From an uncultured Bacteroidales bacterium (GTDB lineage: Bacteria; Bacteroidota; Bacteroidia; Bacteroidales; FEN-979), in contig CAIYQH010000620.1 in the NCBI GenBank assembly GCA_903928285.1, positions 1-32,290 on the forward strand: DNA of 32,290 nt, in the 5' to 3' direction. Below the pieces are notes generated by a model. It saw only the letters and a list, made by a program, of their open reading frames with translations. It was not told where the DNA came from and searched no databases. Numbering within the stretch: position 1 is the stretch's first letter; every line of letters begins with the position of its first letter. A program made the translations under genes and the position numbers. Positions 19,976 through 28,531 of this stretch are shown one piece after another.

Positions 19976-20041
19976 TCCAATTGCTTTTTATAATGACATT
20001 ACTCCGTAAAGGTATGAATTTATAAGGCAAGAACAAGACAC

Positions 20042-20061
20042 CCCGGAATAAATCATCCGGG
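20042..20061 (-). terminator. Weak candidate hairpin downstream of the prolyl oligopeptidase gene
   Basis: cccgga (20042-20047) pairs with tccggg (20056-20061) as a 6-bp stem with an 8-nt loop. It lies about 60 nt past the stop at 20119. The trailing sequence on the minus strand is only moderately U-rich. Confidence 0.3.
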
Positions 20062-20118
20062 TCCAGCTAAGTCAGAACATTGACTGTTCATCCAGGCATC
20101 ATGGAAGAGCAGGGGCAA

Positions 20119-22254
20119 TTACTTCCCGTATTCCTTTGGCGTTATCCCCATGTTATAGAACATAAAGGCCCATTTATCCGTTTCGCCTTCAATGATCTTG
20201 GACAATGAGGAGCCCGATGCCCCGTGCCCCTGGTTGATCTCAATGCGGATCAGGACGGGATTGGGCCCCTTCTGCCTGGCCTGCAGGGTCGAGATGAATT
20301 TGAAGGAATGGGCAGGTACCACGCGGTCGTCGTGATCGGCAGTGACCACCAGTGTCGCAGGATAGGCTACGCTGTCTTTGATGTTGTGCAGGGGCGAATA
20401 TTTGTAAAGCACGGGGAAATATTTCGCACTGTCGCTAGATCCATATTCCACCGACCAGCCCCAGCCGACGGTAAACTTCTGAAAACGCAGCATATCCATC
20501 ACACCCACCTCCGGAATGGCAACCTTGAAAAGGTCGGGACGCTGGGTCATCACGGCGCCGATCAGCAACCCGCCGTTGGAACCGCCATTGATCGCCAGCT
20601 TTTCCCGGGAGGTGTATTTGTGATCGATCAGGTACTCTGCTGCGGCGATAAAGTCGTCGAAACCATTTTGTTTGTTCAGCAGGTTTCCCCCTTTATGCCA
20701 CTTCTCACCATATTCCCCGCCTCCGCGGATATTGGGCATGGCAAAGACTCCGTCATTTTCATACAGGATGATCTTGGAGTTGGAGAAATAGGGGGTCGAA
20801 CTTACGCTAAAACCGCCGTAAGCGTAAAGCAAGGCCGGGTGGGAGCCGTCGAGTTTGATCCCTTTTTTATGCACCAGGAACATCGGGACCTTCGTACCGT
20901 CTTTGCTGGTATAAAAAACCTGTTCCGTTTCGAAATCATCAATTTTTGCGTTGGGGGTCGAATTCTTGAAAACCTCCGACTTTCCTGTCGCCAGGTCATA
21001 GCGGTAAACGCAGGGGGCATAGGTAAAGGAGGAGAAATCATAAAAGGCATAGGTCTCATTGTTCAGTCCGCCGATTCCCGATGCCGAGCCAAGTGCCGGA
21101 AGTGGCATCTCATGCTCAAAGACGCCTTCATACGAATACTGGTAAATCCGCGTGCTGGCATCTTTCAGGTAGCTGACAAACAGTTTTCCACCCAGTGTGG
21201 ATGCCGATTCCAGCTTTTCGGGTTTCTCCGGGATGATCTCCTTCCACAATTTCTTTTGCGGGTTGGCGGGATCCACCAGTACCACCCGGTAGTTGCCAGC
21301 CCCGTCGTTGGTGTTGACCAGCAGCTTGTCGCCGGTATTATTTACGACTGAATAGTTGAATTCAAAACCCTTGAAGAGAAGTTTGAAATCTTTCTGACCA
21401 TTGGTGAGGTTCCTGTAAATGACTTCGGTTCCGTCGGTGCCGGGCGATTTATAAACGAAAAGGTAGCGTTCATCCTCTGTGACCTGCGGGTAATAGTACA
21501 TCTGCGGGTGTGTCTTGTCCTCGAAAATCAGCACATCCTGTTCCTGCTTATCCCCAAGCTTGTGATAATAGATCTTCTGGTACTCGCTTTTTGCCGAGAG
21601 TTCGGTACCCGGGGCGGGTTTGTCATAGCGGCTGTAATAGAACCCGGAACCATGCCAGGCAGCGCCGCCGAATTTCAGCCAGTCGAGCTGGTCATCCAGC
21701 TTCTTTTGGGTCGCAATCTCCATAATGAACAGGGTTTGCCAGTCGCTGCCGCTTTTGTTCACATGGTAGGCGATGTACTTTTTATCGTTTGAAACGCCGT
21801 CGAGCGCCACCGAAACCGAGCCGTCATCCGAAAGCTTGTTGGGATCGATCAGCACGACAGGCGTTCCTGTAAGCCCTTTCTGGATATAATAGACCGCCTG
21901 ATTGCGGATGCCTTCCTGTTTTGAATAGATGATGTAGTCGCCTGCTTTAAAGGCACTGAAATACTTGTCATAATTCAGCAGGTCTTTATACCGGCTGCGG
22001 ATCTGCTCCCTGAAGGGGATTTTCGAAAGATAACCCTCGGTAAAGGCCTGCTCGTTTTTAACCCACGCCTTTGTTTCAGCGCTGGTATCGTTCTCCAGCC
22101 AGCGGTAAGGATCGGCGACAACCGTTCCAAAGTAGTTGTCGGTTTGTGTCCCCTTTTTGGTCTCCGGATAGTTCAATTTTGCCGTAGGGTTTTTACATTG
22201 TGAAAAAAAAAGGATGAATGAAAACAGTACTAAAATCAATGGATTTATACGCAT
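20119..22254 (-). CDS. Prolyl oligopeptidase (prolyl endopeptidase), peptidase family S9A, lipoprotein/secreted
   Basis: The N-terminal signal is MRINPLILVLFSFILFFSQC. The S9A N-terminal motif is DPYRWLEN. The catalytic Ser is in INGGSNGGLLIGAV, the Asp in ADHDDRV and the His in NQGHGA. The length is 711 aa. Confidence 0.92.
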   Translation of the reverse strand: MRINPLILVLFSFILFFSQCKNPTAKLNYPETKKGTQTDNYFGTVVADPYRWLENDTSAETKAWVKNEQAFTEGYLSKIPFREQIRSRYKDLLNYDKYFSAFKAGDYIIYSKQEGIRNQAVYYIQKGLTGTPVVLIDPNKLSDDGSVSVALDGVSNDKKYIAYHVNKSGSDWQTLFIMEIATQKKLDDQLDWLKFGGAAWHGSGFYYSRYDKPAPGTELSAKSEYQKIYYHKLGDKQEQDVLIFEDKTHPQMYYYPQVTEDERYLFVYKSPGTDGTEVIYRNLTNGQKDFKLLFKGFEFNYSVVNNTGDKLLVNTNDGAGNYRVVLVDPANPQKKLWKEIIPEKPEKLESASTLGGKLFVSYLKDASTRIYQYSYEGVFEHEMPLPALGSASGIGGLNNETYAFYDFSSFTYAPCVYRYDLATGKSEVFKNSTPNAKIDDFETEQVFYTSKDGTKVPMFLVHKKGIKLDGSHPALLYAYGGFSVSSTPYFSNSKIILYENDGVFAMPNIRGGGEYGEKWHKGGNLLNKQNGFDDFIAAAEYLIDHKYTSREKLAINGGSNGGLLIGAVMTQRPDLFKVAIPEVGVMDMLRFQKFTVGWGWSVEYGSSDSAKYFPVLYKYSPLHNIKDSVAYPATLVVTADHDDRVVPAHSFKFISTLQARQKGPNPVLIRIEINQGHGASGSSLSKIIEGETDKWAFMFYNMGITPKEYGK

Positions 22255-22399
22255 GGGATATGATTTTACGGATGAATAAAAGTGTGAATTTGCCGGTAAA
22301 TAAGTTAAAGCGCCTGCATCGCGCTACCTAAAAACAAGATGTAAAAGTCCTTAAAATCCGTGGGTTTTGCAAGTATTCGGAAAAAAATATCAGTCCCGG

Positions 22400-23653
22400 T
22401 TAAAAAGACCCCTTCAGCCTTAGAAAAACGGAGGTTTGCGACAGGCCCGCCGCACCCTGCGCATAGGGTTGAAACGACTGTGCAATAAGCGAAAGGTCGA
22501 GGTTGTTCATGAGCGAAAAGGTAAAGGTGGGAATGATGAATACCATGCGATTGGAGGGATTGTAAATACCTGCCAGCGAAAGGTTGATCAGCGGGGTTGC
22601 GGGCCAGGAGAGGGATCCGTACATGGAAAACCCTGTCAGGAAGGGGTTTTTGGCATTCAGCAGCCCGGGGTTGTACTGGCTGATCAGGATATTGGCCGAG
22701 TTGGCAGTATTCGAATTGTAAAAGCCTTCAAACTGGATCATCATGGAATTCCGGAAGGTGTAATCATATTCCACGGAAGACAGGATCACCCCGGTGGTGT
22801 CGCCGAAATTCCTGACCGGCCTGAACCAGCTCAACTCTCCTTTAAAGCCGCCTTTGGCGATCTGCCCGGCCCAGCCCATCCCCAATACCAGGTCGCTCTG
22901 GGTATAAACCCCTGCCAGCGCCTGGAAGTCATACCGCCAGAGGTTCAAACGATACAACCCCGCCGCGGTGACCTTCCGGTCTTTGCCGGCCTTTACCGCG
23001 ATCTCGGCCCGGGAGGAGGCGCTGGTGAAGTATTGCAGCCTGACGGCATCACTGCCCGGTTTTTCTTCATAATCGATGTCGAAATAGGAATAGGTGTTGA
23101 AAATATCGTTTGGGTTCCATACAAAGGTCTGGCTCCAGTTTATCCGCTGGCGCCCGACGGTTACCTGGAAGCTGTTCAGACTGTAATCAAGCCATACGCG
23201 GTCGATATTGGCGTTGAGTATGAAGGATTTACCTGTGGCAATGTTTTGCGAAAGGTACAGCAATCCATTATCTGCGGCGACGAAATCCTGGTAATGAGGG
23301 CTTAACCCGGCTATTTCACCCCAATATAATCTGTTTCTCTCTTCCAGGCAAAAGGTAAAACTGCGGTTGATGTTCCATCTGAAGTTAAGCCTGTTGTGGA
23401 TCAGATTGCTGGTAATCCAGCTTTGACCGGGGGTGTGGACGATCGCGGTCTGCATATCCTTCACATAACCGTTCAGTGACCAGTTGCGTTCCTTTGTTCC
23501 GGCAACCGTATCCTGCGAAAAGGCGTGCATATAAAACAACAGAGAGAGGATAGCCGGCAGCGATATATTCAGGATAAAGTGCAGGCAGGAACGTTCCCTC
23601 CTCCCTGTAATCCCTTGGTTGGTCTTGTTTTTGTTTTGTACCGGATTATTCAT
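22400..23653 (-). CDS. Uncharacterised outer-membrane beta-barrel protein
   Basis: A hydrophobic signal-like segment (LHFILNISLPAILSLLFYMHAFSQ) follows a basic N-terminal extension. The sequence has alternating beta-strand patterns rich in Y/W/G/N. The C-terminus is ...VFLRLKGSF, with the terminal Phe typical of OMPs. It is the last gene of the TetR/LolA-like/ABC cluster. Confidence 0.6.
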   Translation of the reverse strand: MNNPVQNKNKTNQGITGRRERSCLHFILNISLPAILSLLFYMHAFSQDTVAGTKERNWSLNGYVKDMQTAIVHTPGQSWITSNLIHNRLNFRWNINRSFTFCLEERNRLYWGEIAGLSPHYQDFVAADNGLLYLSQNIATGKSFILNANIDRVWLDYSLNSFQVTVGRQRINWSQTFVWNPNDIFNTYSYFDIDYEEKPGSDAVRLQYFTSASSRAEIAVKAGKDRKVTAAGLYRLNLWRYDFQALAGVYTQSDLVLGMGWAGQIAKGGFKGELSWFRPVRNFGDTTGVILSSVEYDYTFRNSMMIQFEGFYNSNTANSANILISQYNPGLLNAKNPFLTGFSMYGSLSWPATPLINLSLAGIYNPSNRMVFIIPTFTFSLMNNLDLSLIAQSFQPYAQGAAGLSQTSVFLRLKGSF

Positions 23654-23707
23654 GGCCCTTTATCTCTTTTTTGCCTCCCATGCCAGGGGCAGTTTTATCA
23701 TCAGGTC

Positions 23708-24394
23708 TCATCCCTTTACAACATCCCCCGAAATTTTCCCGTCCTCCAGGGTGATCACCCGCCTGGCTTTCGCAACCACCCTTGAATCGTGGGTGGAAAA
23801 AATAAAGGTGATGTTCTCCTCCCGGTTGAGCTTCTCCATGATCTCCAGCAGGTTTTCGGCCGATTTTGAATCCAGGTTGGCAGTGGGCTCATCGGCCAGG
23901 ATAAACTTGGGTTTTGAAGCCAGCGCCCGCGCCACGGCAACCCGTTGCTGCTGGCCTCCCGACAGTTTATTCGGACGGGTGTTGATCTTTTCGCCCAAAC
24001 CTACCGATCTCAGCAGTTCGAGGGTTCGCAGGTCGCGCTGTACTTTGCCCACTCCCTGCAGCTGCATGATGAATTCCACGTTCTCCTTTGCCGTCAGTAC
24101 GGGGATAAGGTTGAAGGATTGGAATACAAAGCCGATGTTCCTCATCCTGAAATCGATCATCTGTCTCGATTTTAACCGGGTAATGTCGATGTTGTCGATC
24201 ACGATCTCACCTGAGGTTGGCGTATCAAGGCCGCCTATCAGGTTCAGCAGTGTCGTTTTTCCCGATCCCGAAGGGCCGACAATGCTGGTGAATTCGCCCT
24301 GGCTGAAGGCCAGATTTATCCCGTTCAGCGCGACAACCGGGATGGTTTTGACATCATATACCTTGCTCAGGTTCCGGATTTCAATAATGTTCAT
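23708..24394 (-). CDS. ABC transporter ATP-binding protein (LolD/MacB-like)
   Basis: Walker A is GPSGSGKTT, Q-loop FVFQSFNL, canonical signature LSGGQQQRVAVARAL, Walker B FILADEPTANLD and H-loop FIFSTHD. Confidence 0.92.
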   Translation of the reverse strand: MNIIEIRNLSKVYDVKTIPVVALNGINLAFSQGEFTSIVGPSGSGKTTLLNLIGGLDTPTSGEIVIDNIDITRLKSRQMIDFRMRNIGFVFQSFNLIPVLTAKENVEFIMQLQGVGKVQRDLRTLELLRSVGLGEKINTRPNKLSGGQQQRVAVARALASKPKFILADEPTANLDSKSAENLLEIMEKLNREENITFIFSTHDSRVVAKARRVITLEDGKISGDVVKG

Positions 24395-24436
24395 AGGTTC
24401 GTTGTTATGTTTTTCTTTATTCCGCTGGACTTTTTC

Positions 24437-25657
24437 TTAGTCCACCCTGATCGCCTCCACAGGGTTTAGTTTCAGCGCTTTTCGCGCCGGCATCACGGCC
24501 GAGAGGATCCCGGTGAAGAAGATCATCCCGGTGAGGTTGACATAAAATTCACGGCTGATGAAGGGGTATATCTTCGGATCAAAGCCGAAGGCTCCCAGCC
24601 CTTTGGAAAAGGATGACATGTCGATTCCCCGCTGGTGGAAAAAGCTGACCAGGGCAAAACTGACCGCCATCCCGACCATCCCCCCGAAACCGGTGAGGAA
24701 TAGGGTTTCCATCATGATCATCCGGAATACCCGTGATTTGCTCATCCCCACGGCCATCAGCATGCCCAGTTCATGCGTGCGTTCAAAAACGATCATCAGC
24801 ATGGTGTTGACAATGCCGAACGCGAGTGCAAACAGAATGATTCCCAGGATGATGTAAACCTCGATGGCAATGGCCGAGGTAATCATCCCCATGTCGGGCC
24901 GGAGTTCCATCCAGTTTTGGACGAGCAGGCCGGGCAACTGTTTTTTCATGGATGCCTCTGACGCGGGGATATTTTCAATTTCCCGCAGCATCAACGCGAT
25001 CTCCTGGATGCCGTTGTCGCCGCCGGTAACCAGGTCAAGATCGCTTTTTTTTACGAAGAGATTTGTTTCGTCAAAAACGGTATTGGCTGTCTGGAAGATG
25101 CCGTTTACCGAAAATGCCGCCTCGGTCAGGTTCCCGTCGGTGTTCTGAAAACGGAGCACCACCTTCGACTTCAGCCTGACCTTGAGTTTGTCGGCCAGTT
25201 TCCGGCCGATCACCAGCTGGTTCCTGCGGCTGCCGGTGAAATACCCGCCACTGCTGTCGGGAATGGTTGAAAAGAGAGAACTTACCTGCTTCTCCCGTTC
25301 CGGATCAACCCCGATGATCTGGATCCCGGCGGCTGAATTGGGGGAGGCTGCCATGCCGGTGATCCGGGTCCTCAGACACACCGCCTTCACTGCGGGCATC
25401 TTCGCGATGTTTTCTGCTACAGTGCCGGCATCCGGGATGACAAAGCGGGATTCGAAATTCCTCAGGAATCCGGGATGATGGAGCTGGATATGGGAAACTT
25501 CGTTGTTGATGCCGGTCCGGATCTTCTGTTCAACCATCCCGGTGATGATGGAGGCGGTGAAGATCCCCCCGGCCAGTCCCAGCGTTATCGCGGTAATCAC
25601 GATAAGGCTCCGGACCTTGTTTCTCCACACATTCTTAAAAGCAATTTTAAAGAGCAT
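24437..25657 (-). CDS. FtsX-family ABC permease (LolC/LolE-like), paralog 2
   Basis: The protein is 406 aa. It has an N-terminal TM (RSLIVITAITLGLAGGIF), a periplasmic domain of about 220 aa, and three C-terminal TMs with the FtsX-style motif LMAVGMSKSRVFRMIMMETLFL. Confidence 0.85.
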   Translation of the reverse strand: MLFKIAFKNVWRNKVRSLIVITAITLGLAGGIFTASIITGMVEQKIRTGINNEVSHIQLHHPGFLRNFESRFVIPDAGTVAENIAKMPAVKAVCLRTRITGMAASPNSAAGIQIIGVDPEREKQVSSLFSTIPDSSGGYFTGSRRNQLVIGRKLADKLKVRLKSKVVLRFQNTDGNLTEAAFSVNGIFQTANTVFDETNLFVKKSDLDLVTGGDNGIQEIALMLREIENIPASEASMKKQLPGLLVQNWMELRPDMGMITSAIAIEVYIILGIILFALAFGIVNTMLMIVFERTHELGMLMAVGMSKSRVFRMIMMETLFLTGFGGMVGMAVSFALVSFFHQRGIDMSSFSKGLGAFGFDPKIYPFISREFYVNLTGMIFFTGILSAVMPARKALKLNPVEAIRVD

Positions 25658-25680
25658 GATGATCGCGGTTAAGTTGTTTA

Positions 25681-26901
25681 TTATTTATGCAACGCCTCAG
25701 CCACCCTGAGTTTGAAGATCCTCCGTACAGGGTAGATACAGGTAACGGCGACAATCGCCAGGACGATTACCACGTTCGACAGGATAAATCCCGGTTTCAG
25801 GGCAAGCGGCATCAGGGGCTCGATGCCGTAACTGATAAAGGCCTGGGCCATGTTGCCCCACAGGCGGAGGGGGTTGAGGTAAAAGTAGATCATGATGGGT
25901 AAGGCGACAGCTACTCCTGAAATGATGCCTGTAAGGCCGATGAACAGCATTTCAAGCGTCAGGATGGTGGCCAGCCTGCTTTTCTGCATCCCTACCGATA
26001 CAATCACACCGAACTCCCGGGATCGTTCGTTGGTCATCATGATAACCGTGCCAAAGATCCCGAAACCGACGATCATGTATAGGATGGCAATGATGATCAT
26101 CCCGCCTGCCGTTTTAACCTTCAACTGCTGCATGATCTCCACCATCATCTCATCCCAGCGCATGATCTCATAATTCCCGCCGGGGGTTTTAGCCTTTAAT
26201 TCGGCCTGGGTGTTATCGATTTCGTCAGGGTTTTTCAGGGTGACAGAGAGGGAGGTTATCCGGTTTCCGGCGCTGAAAAAATCCTGGGCGGTCGCCAGGT
26301 TCATATAGACCATCTGGTTGTTGAGCTGGGGAGAAGGGAAATGGAGGATCCCCGATACGGGGAACTTACCGGCGGCGCTTTGCCCGTGAAACCCTTGTCC
26401 CAGCAGCACCAGGCTGTCGCCGGTCTTCAACTCTAAAAACGATGCAAGCCCTTCGGCTACCAGGATCCCGTTTCCGGCATGATCGAGATATTTGCCGTTG
26501 ACTACCTTGGCGGAAAGATGGGTAAGGGCATCCTCCTGCGACGGGTCGGTCCCTGAAAGCAATACACCTTTGGTCTGTTTGCCGAAGGAAGAGAGAGCAA
26601 AATATTCCAGCCGCGGTACGGTTTTATCGACATTCTTCGCGGTATTGACCAGGCTGGTCAGGGAGTCGTTGAATTCGATGGAGTTATTGATATCGCGGTC
26701 GTCCCAGTATCCCTTTTTATGGATCTGGATATGGCCGGAATAGGACTGTACCACGATATTGGTGAGGTTGTCGAACCACCCGATCTGCAGCGATCTTACG
26801 ATCAGCGCCAGAAAGATGGCCAGGAAAATGGATGCCGCAGTGAGCAGGGTCCTGCGTTTGTTCCGCCAGATATTGCGCCATGCAAGCCTGATATCATTCA
26901 T
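25681..26901 (-). CDS. FtsX-family ABC permease (LolC/LolE-like), paralog 1
   Basis: The protein is 406 aa, the same length and layout as the neighbouring permease. Motifs are RRTLLTAASIFLAIFLALIV and VSVGMQKSRLATILTLEMLFI. Confidence 0.85.
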   Translation of the reverse strand: MNDIRLAWRNIWRNKRRTLLTAASIFLAIFLALIVRSLQIGWFDNLTNIVVQSYSGHIQIHKKGYWDDRDINNSIEFNDSLTSLVNTAKNVDKTVPRLEYFALSSFGKQTKGVLLSGTDPSQEDALTHLSAKVVNGKYLDHAGNGILVAEGLASFLELKTGDSLVLLGQGFHGQSAAGKFPVSGILHFPSPQLNNQMVYMNLATAQDFFSAGNRITSLSVTLKNPDEIDNTQAELKAKTPGGNYEIMRWDEMMVEIMQQLKVKTAGGMIIIAILYMIVGFGIFGTVIMMTNERSREFGVIVSVGMQKSRLATILTLEMLFIGLTGIISGVAVALPIMIYFYLNPLRLWGNMAQAFISYGIEPLMPLALKPGFILSNVVIVLAIVAVTCIYPVRRIFKLRVAEALHK

Positions 26902-26906
26902 CGTAT

Positions 26907-27656
26907 TTATCTTATTTTTTTCATGTTCTGCTGGGAGAAGAAGCTTTCGTTCAGGGAGGTATTGAACTTCATATCATCAATATGCATGATCGTTTTTTGG
27001 CCCTTTTTGTTCTTGGGTTCCATTTCGATCCGGGTGGGGATGTCACGGTCGCCCATCTTCCTGATATCATAACTGTTGGATACATTTACCAGGGTGTTGT
27101 CCTCGTCGTAATATTCCGATTTCCACTGGTCGAATCCCTTCACCGTGATCCACATGATCACCTTTCCCCAAACCACGGCGGCATCGGGCAGGGGAACCAT
27201 CTCAATTTTGTAGCAATCCATCTCCCTGACCATCTCCCTTCCCAGCAATTTGTGGGTATAATCGACCACGATTGAAGATTGTCTGACCAGGTCGTCGTTG
27301 GTAAAATCGGAACCCATCCACGACTGGAGCATCATCGAAGGGGGGATTTTAATGGTTTTATCGATGGAGGGAACCCAGTTCCACATCTCGGTCTTTATTT
27401 TCAGGAAGACCTCTCCTTTGTCTTTTGCAGGTGCGGTGATCAAAACAAGAGAATATTCCCTGCTTTTCGACCAGGTTTTCATGGTGATTGTTCTCGACCA
27501 GTCGGGCCTGACCACGGTCATGGTCATGGTTCCCTGGCTGGTCAGGCCCCCGGTCTTGTCGTCGGCGCGGCGGATGATCTCCTTTGCGCCCAGATCCTGT
27601 GCCTGCACCGAGGGCAGTCCTACCAGCATCAGGAATGAAATGAGTAGCTTTTTCAT
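26907..27656 (-). CDS. LolA-like outer-membrane lipoprotein-sorting/carrier family protein (periplasmic)
   Basis: The signal peptide is MKKLLISFLMLVGLPSVQAQ. The body (MTVVRPDWSRTITMKTWSK...SLVLITAPAKDKGEVFLK...MWNWVPS...SWMGSDFTNDDL) matches the LolA_like 'outer membrane lipoprotein-sorting protein' family as I remember it. Confidence 0.72.
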   Translation of the reverse strand: MKKLLISFLMLVGLPSVQAQDLGAKEIIRRADDKTGGLTSQGTMTMTVVRPDWSRTITMKTWSKSREYSLVLITAPAKDKGEVFLKIKTEMWNWVPSIDKTIKIPPSMMLQSWMGSDFTNDDLVRQSSIVVDYTHKLLGREMVREMDCYKIEMVPLPDAAVVWGKVIMWITVKGFDQWKSEYYDEDNTLVNVSNSYDIRKMGDRDIPTRIEMEPKNKKGQKTIMHIDDMKFNTSLNESFFSQQNMKKIR

Positions 27657-27692
27657 GTGATAATTTTTATTTTTTTCGGGCTACATGGGATA

Positions 27693-27738
27693 GCCATAAT
27701 TGATCATTCACGGTTTCCATGGACGTTGTGATTATGGC
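27693..27738. repeat. 8-bp perfect inverted repeat GCCATAAT-N30-ATTATGGC with a central TCCATGGA palindrome, between the tetR-like stop and the LolA-like start
   Basis: gccataat is at 27693-27700, attatggc at 27731-27738 and tccatgga at 27716-27723. It lies within the 86-nt intergenic spacer. Confidence 0.5.
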
Positions 27739-27742
27739 AATT

Positions 27743-28339
27743 TCATGATTTTTCTGTCGGGTATAACTGGTAAAGGTTGATAATTCTTTCCTTGATCCGG
27801 TCGAGCGGGTAATGTTCAGGGTCGGCGATATATTCATAGGTAATCCCACTGATCAGAGTACTGATAAAGGCTACTTCAAGGTCGGGCTCTTTGAAATGGT
27901 GGGTTTTAAAATAACGCTCAACCATTTCCAGCGTGCTTTTTGAGGCATCCTGGATTTCAACCGCCAGGATCTGTTGCACCGCCGGCTGACTGAAAATAGC
28001 CATATACAACTTCCACAACATCAGGTTTGATTTCAGGTGAGCGATGAGTTTTTCGAAATATTGCAGCAGGCTTTGCCTGTCGATCTCCCCGGCCTGACCG
28101 GGATCAATCAGCTGCATCATCTCGGTCATGACCTCCCTGAAGATGCATTTCAGCAACGCATCCTTGCTTTCAAAATAATTATACATGAGTCCCTTTGAAA
28201 TACCGGCATGTTTGGCCAGCTCGCTGATGGTAACTGCATGGAATCCTGTCGTGGCAAAACAGGCTATCGCTGCATCGAGTATCTGCCTGCGTTTTACCTC
28301 CCGGATCCCCTCAAATTGTTCGCTTGTTCTTGGGCTCAT
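27743..28339 (-). CDS. TetR/AcrR-family transcriptional regulator
   Basis: The N-terminal HTH is ILDAAIACFATTGFHAVTISELAKHAGISKGLMYNYFESKDALL. The length is 198 aa. It is the first gene of the co-directional transporter cluster. Confidence 0.9.
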   Translation of the reverse strand: MSPRTSEQFEGIREVKRRQILDAAIACFATTGFHAVTISELAKHAGISKGLMYNYFESKDALLKCIFREVMTEMMQLIDPGQAGEIDRQSLLQYFEKLIAHLKSNLMLWKLYMAIFSQPAVQQILAVEIQDASKSTLEMVERYFKTHHFKEPDLEVAFISTLISGITYEYIADPEHYPLDRIKERIINLYQLYPTEKS

Positions 28340-28348
28340 ATTTTATGA

Positions 28349-28369
28349 TTGAACGGTCGGTCAAAAATA
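28349..28369 (-). promoter_or_regulatory. Candidate tetR-cluster promoter -7 box (TATTTTTG on minus strand, plus-strand 28362-28369) overlapping an imperfect palindrome TTGA-N8-TCAA (28349-28364)
   Basis: The reverse complement of caaaaata is TAttTTTG, an exact TAnnTTTG match, 23-30 nt upstream of the ATG at 28339. The palindromic half-sites ttga and tcaa flank acggtcgg. This is a plausible autoregulatory operator, with no experimental support. Confidence 0.4.
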
Positions 28370-28372
28370 TAT

Positions 28373-28412
28373 AAAAAAATAATCCCGGCAACATTCCGGG
28401 ATTATTTTTTTT
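28373..28412 (-). terminator. Rho-independent terminator (symmetric A/T flanks) ending the lipoprotein/Pat transcription unit
   Basis: The 10-bp stem is ataatcccgg (28379-28388) paired with ccgggattat (28396-28405), with a 7-nt loop caacatt. It is flanked by A7 on one side and T8 on the other, so a U-run follows the stem on the minus strand. It lies about 120 nt downstream of the stop at 28532. Confidence 0.75.
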
Positions 28413-28531
28413 CATAGGATGAAATCACCTGATAAGCTTGAAATCTTTTGCCGTCGCCCCACCTCATGGCTCTAAGATGGAACCGGTGCGATGCAGGTTG
28501 CCGGAGGTTATTCAGGCCATATTTTCAGATG

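Noticed and set aside
20007-20014. Possible -7 box for the stressosome-type operon (minus-strand TACCTTTA)
   Set aside because: It is a near-match only, with the last base A instead of G in TAnnTTTG, and has no -33 element. It is plausible by position (32 nt upstream of ATG 19975) but not supportable from sequence alone.
20224-21351. 375-aa ORF on the plus strand, antisense to the prolyl oligopeptidase gene
   Set aside because: It lies entirely inside a gene with unmistakable S9A motifs on the other strand. Its translation is Gly/Arg/Val/Pro-rich low-complexity sequence with no recognisable motifs, as expected for a stop-free antisense frame of a codon-biased gene.
22309-22325. Possible terminator hairpin agcgc-N7-gcgct after the OMP gene
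   Set aside because: The stem is only 5 bp and has no convincing U-run on the minus strand, which is too weak to annotate as a feature.
22436-23305. 289-aa plus-strand ORF antisense to the OMP gene; similar cases are 29868..30668 (266 aa), 596..1327 (243 aa), 3059..3706 (215 aa), 19063..19659 (198 aa), 10376..10954 (192 aa) and 28792..29418 (208 aa)
   Set aside because: All are nested in, or antisense to, ORFs with clear domain signatures. All have Arg/Gly/Pro-rich compositions typical of antisense frames. None has an independent promoter, signal or motif.
23619-24440. 273-aa plus-strand ORF covering the whole ABC ATPase gene in antisense
   Set aside because: The minus-strand frame carries complete Walker A, Q-loop, signature, Walker B and H-loop motifs. 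The antisense product is Ser/Arg/Phe-rich with no motifs, so it is treated as a shadow ORF.
27667-27849. 60-aa minus-strand ORF spanning the tetR 3' end and the intergenic spacer
   Set aside because: It overlaps the TetR coding region out of frame. It has no recognisable features and no promoter, so it is probably spurious.
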